Shown here: piece after piece, positions 29,216 to 38,728 of the stretch
Layout: the number at the start of each line of letters is the position of its first letter
Position numbering within the stretch: position 1 is the stretch's first letter
IMG/VR virus record: IMGVR_UViG_3300032236_000747
Location: 290,681 to 354,680 of that record
DNA length: 64,000 nt
Reading direction: 5' to 3' (one strand)
The notes under the pieces: generated by a model
What the model saw: the letters and a program-made list of their open reading frames with translations, nothing else
Database searches by the model: none
What the model was told of the DNA's origin: nothing
Made by a program: the position numbers and the translations under genes

Positions 29216-30964
29216 ATGGCTGTTATAGAGATTGCTAAGATACAAGTACGCAGAGGAAATGAAGGTGATGTTGGAATGCCTCAACTCGACAGCGGTGAGT
29301 TCGGTTGGGCTATAGACACACAAACACTTTACATCGGTAATGGTAGTGTAGCAGAAGGAGCGCCAGCAGTTGGCAATACAGAGGTTATTACAGCTAATAA
29401 CATATCAAACTTCTTTAACTTAAATGCTGTTTATACATACGGATCTAGCTACGGAAATCCGTATTCTATTGTAGATTCAAACATAAGAAAAGCTGTTACT
29501 AGATCTGTTTCGTCAAAGTTAGATGACTTTGTTAATGTTGTAGACTTTGGCGCAGTAGCAGACTGGAACGGAGTTAGTGGTACTGATAATACACAAGCGT
29601 TTCAAACAGCGATAGATAACCTATATCTAACAAACACATCTACAAATGGTCAGCTATTAAGAATACCAGCAGGTACTTATTATATTGCCGGAACTATATA
29701 CGTACCACCTAACGCTACTATAACAGGTGACGGACCCGACAAGACTGTACTAGTAGGTGTTTCTGGAAGTAACCCATTGATTCAACTATGCGACGGTAGC
29801 AGCCCAGGCAACGGATCATATATTATATTTGTACCAGGGCAGGTTAATATAACAGGACCCGGAAAACCAACTAACATATATATAGAAGGAATGACCTTCA
29901 CCTATACTACAGATCCTAGTTCTTTCAGTCCATTAACATCTTATTCTCCTTTGTTAAGCCTGGACTGTGTTACAACTTGCCGAGTCGTCAACTGTAAGTT
30001 TTTAGGATTATATACAGCACAAACTATATACACTAGCGATACTAACGACCAATATAATGGATACACCGGTATAGACATCAGGAGTCAAGGTACTTCTATT
30101 AGTGTACTAACTTCGGATAATATATTGATTAAAGATTGTGTGTTTATTGGATTAAAATACGGTATCACTTCAAACTATAACTGTTCTGATATACTGATTG
30201 TTAATAACCTATTTGAAATATTGAATAGGGGAGTTAACTGGGCAACCAACCTTGCTAACTACAACACAGAAGGTCCTATTAGATCAAGAATCAATAGTAA
30301 TATTTTTGACTACATTTATAACGAAGGTATCTACGCAGGATCTAGTATTAATCAAACACAGCACATATCTAGTTTTAACTCGTTTTTTACAGTAGGAACA
30401 CACTTAGATAGCGCACCATTTGACGATACAAATGCCATTACACCTAGTATTAGATTTAACAGCGCAGGTAACGTATCTGTTGAAGATAAGTTTTATAGAG
30501 ACGAAAAGGTAGCAAGACTAACAACGGCCCCTACAAAATATGTACCTAGTATACTAGGTAAGGTATCTGTGTCATCTAATGTAGCATACACCAAGACTTG
30601 GGATATAACCGGCATTCCAACTTTGCCAACGGCACTAGTCTATATTCCATATGCTGGCAATGATCAAACAATCAACATACCTTATCTATATACTACATCC
30701 GGTGTTGGGGCTACTCCTAATGTGTATGTGACTAGAAAAGGAGTACTGTCAATATCTGTTTCTACTATAGCAGGAGCAGGACCACAACCAGTAACTGATA
30801 CATTTACATACACCTATACAGGTGGTGGTGGCACTGACCCGGAACCATTAAACGGTTTAACATTTACAGCAACGTTGGATACCACAGGCAACTTTATCAA
30901 AGTAGCCTACACAGGTAACTACAACGCAGGCACAATAGAATATCAATACAACTATCTAGGTTAA
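29216..30964 (+). CDS. Tail/baseplate protein with pectate-lyase-like beta-helix (putative depolymerase)
   Basis: IQVRRG..GEFGWAIDTQTLYIGNG N-terminus; VNVVDFGA..DNTQAFQTAID..IPAGTY motif. Confidence 0.75.
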   Translation: MAVIEIAKIQVRRGNEGDVGMPQLDSGEFGWAIDTQTLYIGNGSVAEGAPAVGNTEVITANNISNFFNLNAVYTYGSSYGNPYSIVDSNIRKAVTRSVSSKLDDFVNVVDFGAVADWNGVSGTDNTQAFQTAIDNLYLTNTSTNGQLLRIPAGTYYIAGTIYVPPNATITGDGPDKTVLVGVSGSNPLIQLCDGSSPGNGSYIIFVPGQVNITGPGKPTNIYIEGMTFTYTTDPSSFSPLTSYSPLLSLDCVTTCRVVNCKFLGLYTAQTIYTSDTNDQYNGYTGIDIRSQGTSISVLTSDNILIKDCVFIGLKYGITSNYNCSDILIVNNLFEILNRGVNWATNLANYNTEGPIRSRINSNIFDYIYNEGIYAGSSINQTQHISSFNSFFTVGTHLDSAPFDDTNAITPSIRFNSAGNVSVEDKFYRDEKVARLTTAPTKYVPSILGKVSVSSNVAYTKTWDITGIPTLPTALVYIPYAGNDQTINIPYLYTTSGVGATPNVYVTRKGVLSISVSTIAGAGPQPVTDTFTYTYTGGGGTDPEPLNGLTFTATLDTTGNFIKVAYTGNYNAGTIEYQYNYLG

Positions 30965-31399
30965 ATGCAATATCAAGAAGTAGAAGAAAACCTTGACGAG
31001 TGGGTCAAGTTTAGAAATAATCTCACTCATAGTACCACTCCATTGGGTGATGTAGCAGACTTTTGGGGCAAGGTAAAACAAATCCAGTTCAACCACAAAA
31101 TAGATCCTCATCATCCTGCAAGTTGGCCTACCCCTTGGTCAATCATAGCAGACGGACAATACGATGATCTGACCACAGCCATAATGATTGGTTATACCAT
31201 TAAGCTAACAGATCAGTACAAAGATAGTAAAGTAGAAATCCGTATTCAAGTTGACGAAGACCGAACTAGGTTGTATAATCTAGTATACGTGGATGATATG
31301 TATGTACTAAATTACGAAAGGTTTAGAGTAGTTAAAGCCCAAGACATAGATGATTCGTTTTTTATAGAAAATCTAGTTGAGCTAGCAAGACCTAGGTAA
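30965..31399 (+). CDS. Hypothetical protein
   Basis: 144 aa ORF directly after the tail gene. Confidence 0.6.
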   Translation: MQYQEVEENLDEWVKFRNNLTHSTTPLGDVADFWGKVKQIQFNHKIDPHHPASWPTPWSIIADGQYDDLTTAIMIGYTIKLTDQYKDSKVEIRIQVDEDRTRLYNLVYVDDMYVLNYERFRVVKAQDIDDSFFIENLVELARPR

Positions 31400-31452
31400 A
31401 TATCTTCCTAGGTAAGTCGATCCCAAGAACAATAACAAAAAGAAGGTAAAGT

Positions 31453-33783
31453 ATGATCACAGTTGTTAAGCGCAACGGAGAGAGAGTTCCATTAGATATC
31501 AACAAGATACAGAGACAAGTAGCACACGCATGTAAGGGGATAGACGGAGTAAGCCCTAGCATGATTGAAATCAAAGCCCAGATTGAAATACATGATGGGA
31601 TGACAACACAGACCATAGACGAGCTCTTGCTCAAGGCAATGGTTGACTTAATAGACGAGTCAGAGAATCCAGAGATTAACAACGTTAACTATCAATATGT
31701 GGCAGGCCGTCAAAAGGTCAGTATGTTGCGTAAAGAAATCTACGGAGAGTACGAACCTCCTAGACTTTTTGATATAGTTAAGAAAAATACTGAATCGGGT
31801 CTATACAGCAAAGAACTACTACAATGGTATACAGAAGATGAGTGGAACATTATCGACTTATTCATTGATCATGCCAAGGACGAAACATATACGTTTGCTG
31901 CTATTGCGCAGCTAGCAGAAAAATATCTTGTGCAGAATCGGGCCACTGGTCAAATCTACGAAACTCCGCAAGTACGTTATGCAGTTGCAGCGGCAACCGC
32001 TTTCCATAATGAACCTAAAGAAAAGAGATTAAAATATGTTAAAGAATATTATGAGTGCGCATCTGATGGTCACTTTACTTTGGCTACTCCTGTACTTGCT
32101 GGCCTTGGTACTCCTACCAAACAGTTCAGTTCATGTGTTCTTATTAGTTCTGACGATACACTCGACTCTATTTTTGCCGCCGGAGAAATGATGGCCAAGT
32201 ATGCTAGCAAGCGTGCTGGCATTGGTTTAGAGATTGGACGCATAAGACCTGTTGGAGCCCCTATTAGAAATGGAGAGATCAAACATACAGGTTTAATCCC
32301 ATTCCTTAAGAAATGGTTTGCTGACCTTCGTAGTTGTAGTCAAGGCGGCATTCGTAACGCAAGCTGTACAGTTACATTCCCTGTCTGGCATTATCAGTTT
32401 GAAGACCTTATCGTTCTAAAGAACAATCAAGGCACTGAAGAAGTGCGTGTTCGTCAAATGGATTATAGTGTAGTTGTCAACAAGATGTTTTGGAATCGTT
32501 ATAAGAACAATGAAATGATTACATTGTTTGATCCGCATGACGTACCAGATCTCTATGAATCTTATTATCGTAATAGCACAGAGTTTGAAAAGTTATATAC
32601 AAAATATGAGCAAGATAAGAACATTAAAAAGAAAGTTGTATCGGCAGATGCGATATTCAAAGGTGGAATCCTTAAGGAGAGGACTGATACGGGGCGTATA
32701 TATCTTGTCAATATCGACAACGTTATTGGCCAGGGACCGTTTGATACTACCACAGATCCAATATATCAATCAAATTTATGCCAAGAGATACTTTTACCCA
32801 CAAAGCCTTTCCAGAGAATTGAAGATCCAGAGGGACGAATTGCTCTTTGCACTCTTGGCAGCGTAAACTGGGGAGCGTTCCGTAACCCACAAGAAATGCG
32901 CAAAGCCTGTAGAGTATTACTACGTTCGTTGTCTAATCTACTAAGCTATCAAGATTTTTTAAGTGTTCAAAGTCAGTTAGCTAATAATGAGTTTGAGCCA
33001 CTAGGCATCGGTGTAACCAACCTTGCTTATTGGCATGCCAAACGTAACCTGAAGTACGGAAACCCTGACTCACTTGCTGAAGTCAAGCGTTGGATGGAAC
33101 ATCAAGCATTTTACTTGACAGAAGTCAGCGTTGAACTAGCACAAGAGAGAGGAGCTTGCGAGCGTAGCTCATACACATATTACGGTAAAGGTATTTTTCC
33201 TTGGGAACGACGTAACCCAGGAGTTAATGAGCTAACTGACTTTACTCCTAGTTTAGATTGGGAACCACTACGTGCTCGTATGAAACAATACGGTATTCGT
33301 AATGCTACACTAATGGCCGTGGCACCGGTCGAATCCAGCTCAGTTGTGTTAAACTCCACCAACGGAATTGAAATGCCGATGGAATTGATTTCTGTGAAGG
33401 AATCGAAAGCTGGATCGTTTGTACAAGTCGTGCCAGAGTACAAACGTCTAAAAAATCGTTATCAGCTAATGTGGGATCAAATGGACTGCGTTGATTACTT
33501 GAAGACAGCATGTGTGCTAGGAGCATACATTGACCAAAGTCTAAGTACCAATACATTCTACAATCCAGCACACTTTGTAGGTAACAAGGTTCCTGCTACT
33601 TTGGTTGCTAAAAACCTAATGCTGGCTTACAAATGGGGTTTGAAGACAGTATACTATAGTTTAATCAATAAGGTTGGCGCTAAAGCAGAAATAACAGGCA
33701 CCAATGTTATACCCGGCATTGCTATTAGCTCTGCTGACAACGTTCTATTAATAGACGAAGACTGCGAGGCATGTAAGTTATGA
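31453..33783 (+). CDS. nrdA: Class Ia ribonucleotide reductase alpha subunit
   Basis: N-terminal ATP cone VVKRNG; FSSCVL, SNLCQEI, C-terminal CEACKL. Confidence 0.98.
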   Translation: MITVVKRNGERVPLDINKIQRQVAHACKGIDGVSPSMIEIKAQIEIHDGMTTQTIDELLLKAMVDLIDESENPEINNVNYQYVAGRQKVSMLRKEIYGEYEPPRLFDIVKKNTESGLYSKELLQWYTEDEWNIIDLFIDHAKDETYTFAAIAQLAEKYLVQNRATGQIYETPQVRYAVAAATAFHNEPKEKRLKYVKEYYECASDGHFTLATPVLAGLGTPTKQFSSCVLISSDDTLDSIFAAGEMMAKYASKRAGIGLEIGRIRPVGAPIRNGEIKHTGLIPFLKKWFADLRSCSQGGIRNASCTVTFPVWHYQFEDLIVLKNNQGTEEVRVRQMDYSVVVNKMFWNRYKNNEMITLFDPHDVPDLYESYYRNSTEFEKLYTKYEQDKNIKKKVVSADAIFKGGILKERTDTGRIYLVNIDNVIGQGPFDTTTDPIYQSNLCQEILLPTKPFQRIEDPEGRIALCTLGSVNWGAFRNPQEMRKACRVLLRSLSNLLSYQDFLSVQSQLANNEFEPLGIGVTNLAYWHAKRNLKYGNPDSLAEVKRWMEHQAFYLTEVSVELAQERGACERSSYTYYGKGIFPWERRNPGVNELTDFTPSLDWEPLRARMKQYGIRNATLMAVAPVESSSVVLNSTNGIEMPMELISVKESKAGSFVQVVPEYKRLKNRYQLMWDQMDCVDYLKTACVLGAYIDQSLSTNTFYNPAHFVGNKVPATLVAKNLMLAYKWGLKTVYYSLINKVGAKAEITGTNVIPGIAISSADNVLLIDEDCEACKL

Positions 33784-34880
33784 GTAAAGCACAATACGAT
33801 TTTAGTAAACCAACTAACTATTTAAAACGACATATGTTTCTGGACCCAGCTGGTCCAGTTACTGTTCAAAGATTTGAAGAAGTTAAATATCCAAAAATAC
33901 AAAAGTACGAGGAACTTGCTCGTGGGTTCTTTTGGGTACCTGAAGAAATATCTTTAACTAAAGACAAGATTGATCATAAGGAAGCTAGCGATGCTGTTAA
34001 ACATATCTTTACTAGCAATCTATTGCGCCAGACTGCTTTGGACTCCATTCAGGGTCGTGCGCCTTTCCAAGTATTTGGACCAGTCAGTTCAATCCCAGAG
34101 CTTGAAGCACTAACACTTACATGGAGTTTCTTTGAAACAAGTATCCATAGTAAGAGTTATAGTCACATCATTCGTAATGTCTACGGTGTGCCTAAAGAAG
34201 AGTTTAACAAGATCCACGATACTAAAGAAATCATAGGCATGGCGGCCAGTGTCGGTCGTTACTATGAAGAACTGCACATACTTAACAGCCGTAAAGAGCT
34301 AGGCGAAGAAGTTGCTCTACGCACGCATAAGCGAGCCATTTGGATGGCCTTACACGCTAGCTATGCTCTAGAAGCTCTACGCTTTATGGTATCCTTTGCT
34401 ACAAGTCTAGCCATGGTTGAGAATAAGATCTACATCGGCAACGGTAACATTATTTCATTGATTCTACAAGACGAGTTACTACATACAGAATGGACAGGCT
34501 GGTTAATCAACCAAGTACCAAAAGATGATCCAGACTTTATTTCCATTGCTGAAGAATGTGCTGCTGAAGTGTATGCTCTATACATGGACGTTATCCGTGA
34601 AGAAAAAGAGTGGGCTACCTACTTGTTTAAACTAGGTCCAGTTATTGGATTGAATGCTATTATCCTACAAGACTTTGTAGACTATACAGCATTTACTAGA
34701 TTAAAAGAAATCGGAATCAAGTACCTTGAAGATCATCCACGCCAGAGTCCTATCCCGTGGTTTAACAAGCATGTAAATATCAATAAGAAACAAACCGCTC
34801 TACAAGAAAACGAATCAACAAACTATGTTATTGGTGTAATGAGCGATGCGGTAGAGTACGCAGAACTACCAGATTTATAA
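33780..34880 (+). CDS. nrdB: Class Ia ribonucleotide reductase beta subunit
   Basis: FFWVPEEI, ETSIHSKSY, EALRF, DELLH di-iron ligands. Confidence 0.98.
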   Translation: MSKAQYDFSKPTNYLKRHMFLDPAGPVTVQRFEEVKYPKIQKYEELARGFFWVPEEISLTKDKIDHKEASDAVKHIFTSNLLRQTALDSIQGRAPFQVFGPVSSIPELEALTLTWSFFETSIHSKSYSHIIRNVYGVPKEEFNKIHDTKEIIGMAASVGRYYEELHILNSRKELGEEVALRTHKRAIWMALHASYALEALRFMVSFATSLAMVENKIYIGNGNIISLILQDELLHTEWTGWLINQVPKDDPDFISIAEECAAEVYALYMDVIREEKEWATYLFKLGPVIGLNAIILQDFVDYTAFTRLKEIGIKYLEDHPRQSPIPWFNKHVNINKKQTALQENESTNYVIGVMSDAVEYAELPDL

Positions 34881-34893
34881 TAAGGAAGAACAA

Positions 34894-35124
34894 ATGAATG
34901 CGATTGTATGGAGTAAGTATCACTGCCCTTTTTGCGACCAAGCAAAGGCATTGTTAAAATCAAAAGGATATACTATTGAAGAACGCAAGATCGGAGATGG
35001 CTATACCAAAGAAGAGTTGCTAGAAGCAGTTCCTAGCGCACGTACAGTACCACAAATATTTTTAGATGGTGCTCATGTTGGTGGATTTGATGAACTGAAG
35101 AGACATTTTAATACGGTGATCTAA
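34894..35124 (+). CDS. grxC: Glutaredoxin
   Basis: CPFC active site, TVPQIF, GGFDEL. Confidence 0.95.
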   Translation: MNAIVWSKYHCPFCDQAKALLKSKGYTIEERKIGDGYTKEELLEAVPSARTVPQIFLDGAHVGGFDELKRHFNTVI

Positions 35125-35597
35125 TGTCACAGTCTTTACCTTCTAGCGATGAAAGAAAGATGGAAGATCTTACAGACGACGATTTTGATATCAATAGCCA
35201 GACGATTAACATCAATGGTGGTAATAGTTGGCCTTATACTATGTCTACACTTAACACAGCTAGCTATTCTTGGCAACCAAGTTTAGGTAATATAACTGTT
35301 AGCAGTACACCTTCTAGTGGTAGCTGGTTAACTTCTAACGGAAGCGGAAGCACAGTATATACATCTAGTAATCTTAACGGATCAAATCTAAAGGTTTCGG
35401 GAGATGCTGAAGTCGACGGCGATATAAAAATCAAAGGTAAGAGCCTCGGTGAGTTTATGGATACCCTAGAAAGGCGCCTTGCTATATTAACTCCTGATCC
35501 TGATAAACTAGCACACTTCGAAGCTCTCAAGAAAGCATATAACCATTACAAGGTATTGGAAGCACTATGTGAGCTTCCAAATAAAAAAGATGAGTGA
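35124..35597 (+). CDS. Hypothetical protein
   Basis: Ser/Thr-rich N-half, helical C-terminus. Confidence 0.7.
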   Translation: MSQSLPSSDERKMEDLTDDDFDINSQTININGGNSWPYTMSTLNTASYSWQPSLGNITVSSTPSSGSWLTSNGSGSTVYTSSNLNGSNLKVSGDAEVDGDIKIKGKSLGEFMDTLERRLAILTPDPDKLAHFEALKKAYNHYKVLEALCELPNKKDE

Positions 35598-35733
35598 ATC
35601 CAATAAAATCAACGAGCTAGAAAAACAAATAAGATTTCTAACACAACAAGTTAGTAACTTAAATAAACGAGTAGACTTTTTAGAGCGTGAAAACAAACGC
35701 CGTAGAAGTGAAATACAACAACAGAAAAAATAA
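35590..35733 (+). CDS. Small coiled-coil protein (47 aa, not in ORF track)
   Basis: MSESNKINELEKQIRFLTQQVSNLNKRVDFLERENKRRRSEIQQQKK. Confidence 0.6.
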   Translation: MSESNKINELEKQIRFLTQQVSNLNKRVDFLERENKRRRSEIQQQKK

Positions 35734-35740
35734 GGACAGT

Positions 35741-36028
35741 ATGTTATTAAGTAAACCAATCGCTGCTAATGATATTATCAGCATTAAACTAATCAACGGT
35801 GATGAACTCATCACACGTTTTGTGGGTGAAGATGCTACCAGCATTGAAATCGAGCGCCCGCTAGCATTAACTATGGGAGCACAAGGGCTAGGTATGATTC
35901 CTTGGGTATTCTTAGGTGATAAGAATGTAATGTCACTAAAGAAAGATCATGTGTTTGTAATGGTACCTGCTAAAAAGGATGCCGCTGATCAGTACACGGA
36001 AGGCACTACTGGCATTGCGTTGAGATAA
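35741..36028 (+). CDS. Hypothetical protein, Sm-like fold (tentative)
   Basis: IISIKLINGDELITR pattern; AAGGA RBS places the start at 35741. Confidence 0.55.
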   Translation: MLLSKPIAANDIISIKLINGDELITRFVGEDATSIEIERPLALTMGAQGLGMIPWVFLGDKNVMSLKKDHVFVMVPAKKDAADQYTEGTTGIALR

Positions 36029-36029
36029 C

Positions 36030-37397
36030 ATGGCAACTAGTAATCAAGATACTGGTAGTGTTAATGCTGCAGGATCGGCTGCTAGTTATGCCACACAACC
36101 TGCAGGTACTGTAACCGGCGTTTCTAGACTATGGACTAGTGGTCAGGCTGCGCCTGTTGTTGAACGGTCGGTGTCTGTAGTCGGAGCATCAACTGATATT
36201 ACTACAGGGATTACTAGTGTAAATGCAGGAGTAGAAGCAACTAGCGCAGCAACTGTCGCAGCACCTAGTGTAACTTCTACTTTGGGTGCTGCTGCTGGTA
36301 CTGTTGGTACAGCCTTGGCAGCGGCTAGTGCTGTGGCAATAGGCGGTGGGGCAGTAATGGGGTTGATTAAATCAGTGTTAGGCCCTTGGAGAATAGCACC
36401 TTCTGTGAGTCTTACTGTCGGCGGCCTGCCTGCCATGAAGCAGTTATCTGGATTAGGTGCTCTCAAACAGTTTGCTAATAATATAACTAGTGGAGCCAAG
36501 GCAGGTTACAAAGGTCTACAAGCAATAGAAGGAAAAGTTTTAGGAACAGTTATTTCTGCAGTAGCAGGACAGGGTAGCAGTAATCCAAACGCAGCATCAA
36601 CTCCAGTTACTACGGCTAGTAACATTGTTGCGGCCAGTGCTATTGCCAACGTTGATACAACTAAGGTCAATCCGTATTCTACAGCACTTATAGAAGACAT
36701 GGTTTTCTGTAAAGTCTTGTCAACTGCTACAACTAGTACAGTTATATACCTAGCAGGTAATACAGGTACATCAGCTGGCGCTGTATTTTGGCAAGTACAA
36801 CAAGACTTTGCTAGTACTGCTACAGGATCTTATCAAAGTATTTTTTATTCAGCAAAACTCTTAACTGACGGATTATGCGGAGTATCCCAAACATCGGGGA
36901 TTATGAGTCTTGAAGATATTATTAAATCTAGTTCAACTAGTACGTTCGGCTCTGGTGTAATAACAATGCCTTCTGTTGGAACTTTTGCCGGAACACTCTA
37001 CTACTCGGATTTTATAAATTCTTCTACCGTGGCATTAGCTAACCTAATCATTGCGGCTAATACTTCTACTAGCACAGTTGCTCAAATAACTACACTTAGA
37101 AGCAATCTTAATCTTTATACTCAAAACTTATCAAATAGAGTTAACGCAGATATAAACAATCAAATAACTTATCTTACACAGATGGGTAACATAGGTAGTG
37201 TTGCTAATGCTGCTAAGACATTAACTGAGATTAGAAGCAATCAACCATTAGATATTATTAATCTCTACCAAAGTACGATCAACCCTGCTCTATATAATCA
37301 TATTAATACACTTTCGATACTAAGTTATATAGATTCATCTAACACAGCAACAGCAGCAGCGGCTGTATCTGTTCTAACAGCAACTACTGCTACATAA
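36030..37397 (+). CDS. Ala/Thr/Ser-rich hypothetical (probably virion) protein
   Basis: 455 aa open frame, low complexity. Confidence 0.55.
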   Translation: MATSNQDTGSVNAAGSAASYATQPAGTVTGVSRLWTSGQAAPVVERSVSVVGASTDITTGITSVNAGVEATSAATVAAPSVTSTLGAAAGTVGTALAAASAVAIGGGAVMGLIKSVLGPWRIAPSVSLTVGGLPAMKQLSGLGALKQFANNITSGAKAGYKGLQAIEGKVLGTVISAVAGQGSSNPNAASTPVTTASNIVAASAIANVDTTKVNPYSTALIEDMVFCKVLSTATTSTVIYLAGNTGTSAGAVFWQVQQDFASTATGSYQSIFYSAKLLTDGLCGVSQTSGIMSLEDIIKSSSTSTFGSGVITMPSVGTFAGTLYYSDFINSSTVALANLIIAANTSTSTVAQITTLRSNLNLYTQNLSNRVNADINNQITYLTQMGNIGSVANAAKTLTEIRSNQPLDIINLYQSTINPALYNHINTLSILSYIDSSNTATAAAAVSVLTATTAT

Positions 37398-37416
37398 ACT
37401 AGTAATAAATACCTAC

Positions 37417-37479
37417 ATCCAAATAGCATCCCGGCGTAGCCAGGGCTAGATAGGGCTAGGCGAAGCTAACTGTTTGGAT
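37417..37479 (+). ncRNA. Candidate small structured RNA or leader transcribed from a late promoter
   Basis: TAAATA 37406-11 predicts +1 at 37417, the first base of the closing stem ATCCAAATAG/CTGTTTGGAT; two internal hairpins. Confidence 0.45.
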
Positions 37480-37486
37480 CGTCGGG

Positions 37487-37515
37487 TTGACAACATTCCT
37501 TGATTGTTGTATAAT
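37487..37515 (+). promoter_or_regulatory. Sigma70 promoter for the tmRNA precursor
   Basis: TTGACA-N17-TATAAT perfect consensus. Confidence 0.9.
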
Positions 37516-37520
37516 AAAAG

Positions 37521-37586
37521 TTATTGCTGTATGAAGCAAAGAGAAAAGTGTTCTGGACGCGGGTTCGACTCCCGCCAGGTCCACCA
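37521..37586 (+). ncRNA. ssrA: Permuted two-piece tmRNA, acceptor piece
   Basis: T-arm GCGGG-TTCGACT-CCCGC, acceptor 3' strand CAGGTCC-A-CCA. Confidence 0.93.
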
Positions 37587-37597
37587 TAAGGAAGTTT

Positions 37598-37840
37598 GTG
37601 AAAGAGTATTACATAGTTAATGGTAAAAAGTGTAAAAGAGATTCATTGCAAGATGACCTCATTTGGTCCATGAAACAATCCGATAACACTTTCAAACATT
37701 ATTGGATAGACGAACAGCAAGGATTAGGAAACAGTCACGGTGGACAATATATGCCTCCGTGGATTATGAATCGTAATCGTTATGTTGTTGATGATTTTGG
37801 AACGGTTGTAAAATATCTTCCATACAAAGTTTCTTTATGA
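37598..37840 (+). CDS. 80-aa ORF inside the tmRNA intervening segment
   Basis: AAGGA RBS plus GTG right after CCA; stop ends 1 nt before tmRNA G1. Confidence 0.7.
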   Translation: MKEYYIVNGKKCKRDSLQDDLIWSMKQSDNTFKHYWIDEQQGLGNSHGGQYMPPWIMNRNRYVVDDFGTVVKYLPYKVSL

Positions 37841-37841
37841 T

Positions 37842-38030
37842 GGGCCTGCCATGGTTTCGACAGGGCAAAGAGTAACAGAGTGGACAGCAGGGCAAAGCAG
37901 AAGCCCTTAGGGTTGGGGATTCCCGGCCGTAGACGCAAAAAAAGTAAATGCAAACGACTCACAGTTTCTAATGGTTGCCTGATAAAGGCTTCCGGGGTAG
38001 GAAATACCTTGCAACAGAAAATAACAGAAC
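37842..38030 (+). ncRNA. ssrA: Permuted two-piece tmRNA, coding piece; tag ANDSQFLMVA*
   Basis: GGGCCTG pairs with CAGGTCC giving G3.U70; GGTTTCGAC; TAAAT-GCA resume at 37950; TGA TAA at 37980-85; 3' end approximate. Confidence 0.92.
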
Positions 38031-38049
38031 CCGCTTCGGCGGGTTTCTT
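38026..38049. terminator. Bidirectional Rho-independent terminator
   Basis: AACCCGC-TTCG-GCGGGTT between convergent transcripts. Confidence 0.85.
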
Positions 38050-38728
38050 ATGTTTTCTTAGAAGCCCATTGTTTAACTGCTGGATAGTATGTTGTAAACA
38101 GTTGATGACGTTTTTTGATTTCAGCAGCAGGCGCAGCTTTTCCATTAATGGCTCTTGTAACTGAAGCAGTATCAGCAAAGTCCTTTATACGTCTTTTAAC
38201 ATTTTGATCCCAAAACCATTTAGCAATCTTTGCCGCTTCGTGGGGATCTGCTGCCTTACTAGGATGTTCAACATAATATGATTCATCGCCATGCACGCCT
38301 GCGCCAGCAGCAATATAGTTACCCTTGCCTGTTAACTGAATGAATCCACGTCCGGCATATTCCAAAGCATCATTTGCGCCTTGGTTACCTGTGCTACGTG
38401 CATATTTGTGAGCTGCTTTATTAGGCCGACCTATCTCGCCGAGGTGTTTAAAGTTACCTGTTTCTGCGCTACACTGTGCTAGAAACTGTGCTAGTTCTGT
38501 TGGCTCGGTCATACCGCTGTTAATAGCATGTGAAGACAGTATTTTACGTGCTACATCGGCATCAACTTTTGGTGCTTGAACTAGTGGTTGCACTTTTGTA
38601 CTACGTGGATCTATTTTTTGGGGATGTTGAACAGGCTTGGCTTGTGCTATACCTGCTGCCATTGCGGCTGCTCCACCAAGGAATCCCCTGCGTGTTAAAT
38701 CTTCTCTAGTAATTTCGTATATTCGCAT
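38048..38728 (-). CDS. Glycoside hydrolase family 19 (endolysin/chitinase-like) with twin-arginine-like N-terminus
   Basis: FLAQCSAETG and YAGRGFIQLTGKGNY motifs; TRRGFLGG; TAAATA-N4-ATG. Confidence 0.88.
   Translation of the reverse strand: MRIYEITREDLTRRGFLGGAAAMAAGIAQAKPVQHPQKIDPRSTKVQPLVQAPKVDADVARKILSSHAINSGMTEPTELAQFLAQCSAETGNFKHLGEIGRPNKAAHKYARSTGNQGANDALEYAGRGFIQLTGKGNYIAAGAGVHGDESYYVEHPSKAADPHEAAKIAKWFWDQNVKRRIKDFADTASVTRAINGKAAPAAEIKKRHQLFTTYYPAVKQWASKKT

Noticed and set aside
36030-36450. Degenerate PAAR-like repeats
   Set aside because: Only vague similarity (LWTSGQAAP, LTVGGLPAM); PAAR motifs and metal ligands are absent
37884-37940. GGGCAAA...GACGCAAA similar to a c-di-GMP-I riboswitch
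   Set aside because: It lies inside the tmRNA coding piece between helix 2 and the resume codon, and the tmRNA explains it
37880-38164. ORF-track CDS of 94 aa (and 37780-38178)
   Set aside because: Overlaps the tmRNA, the terminator and the antisense GH19 gene; a shadow frame
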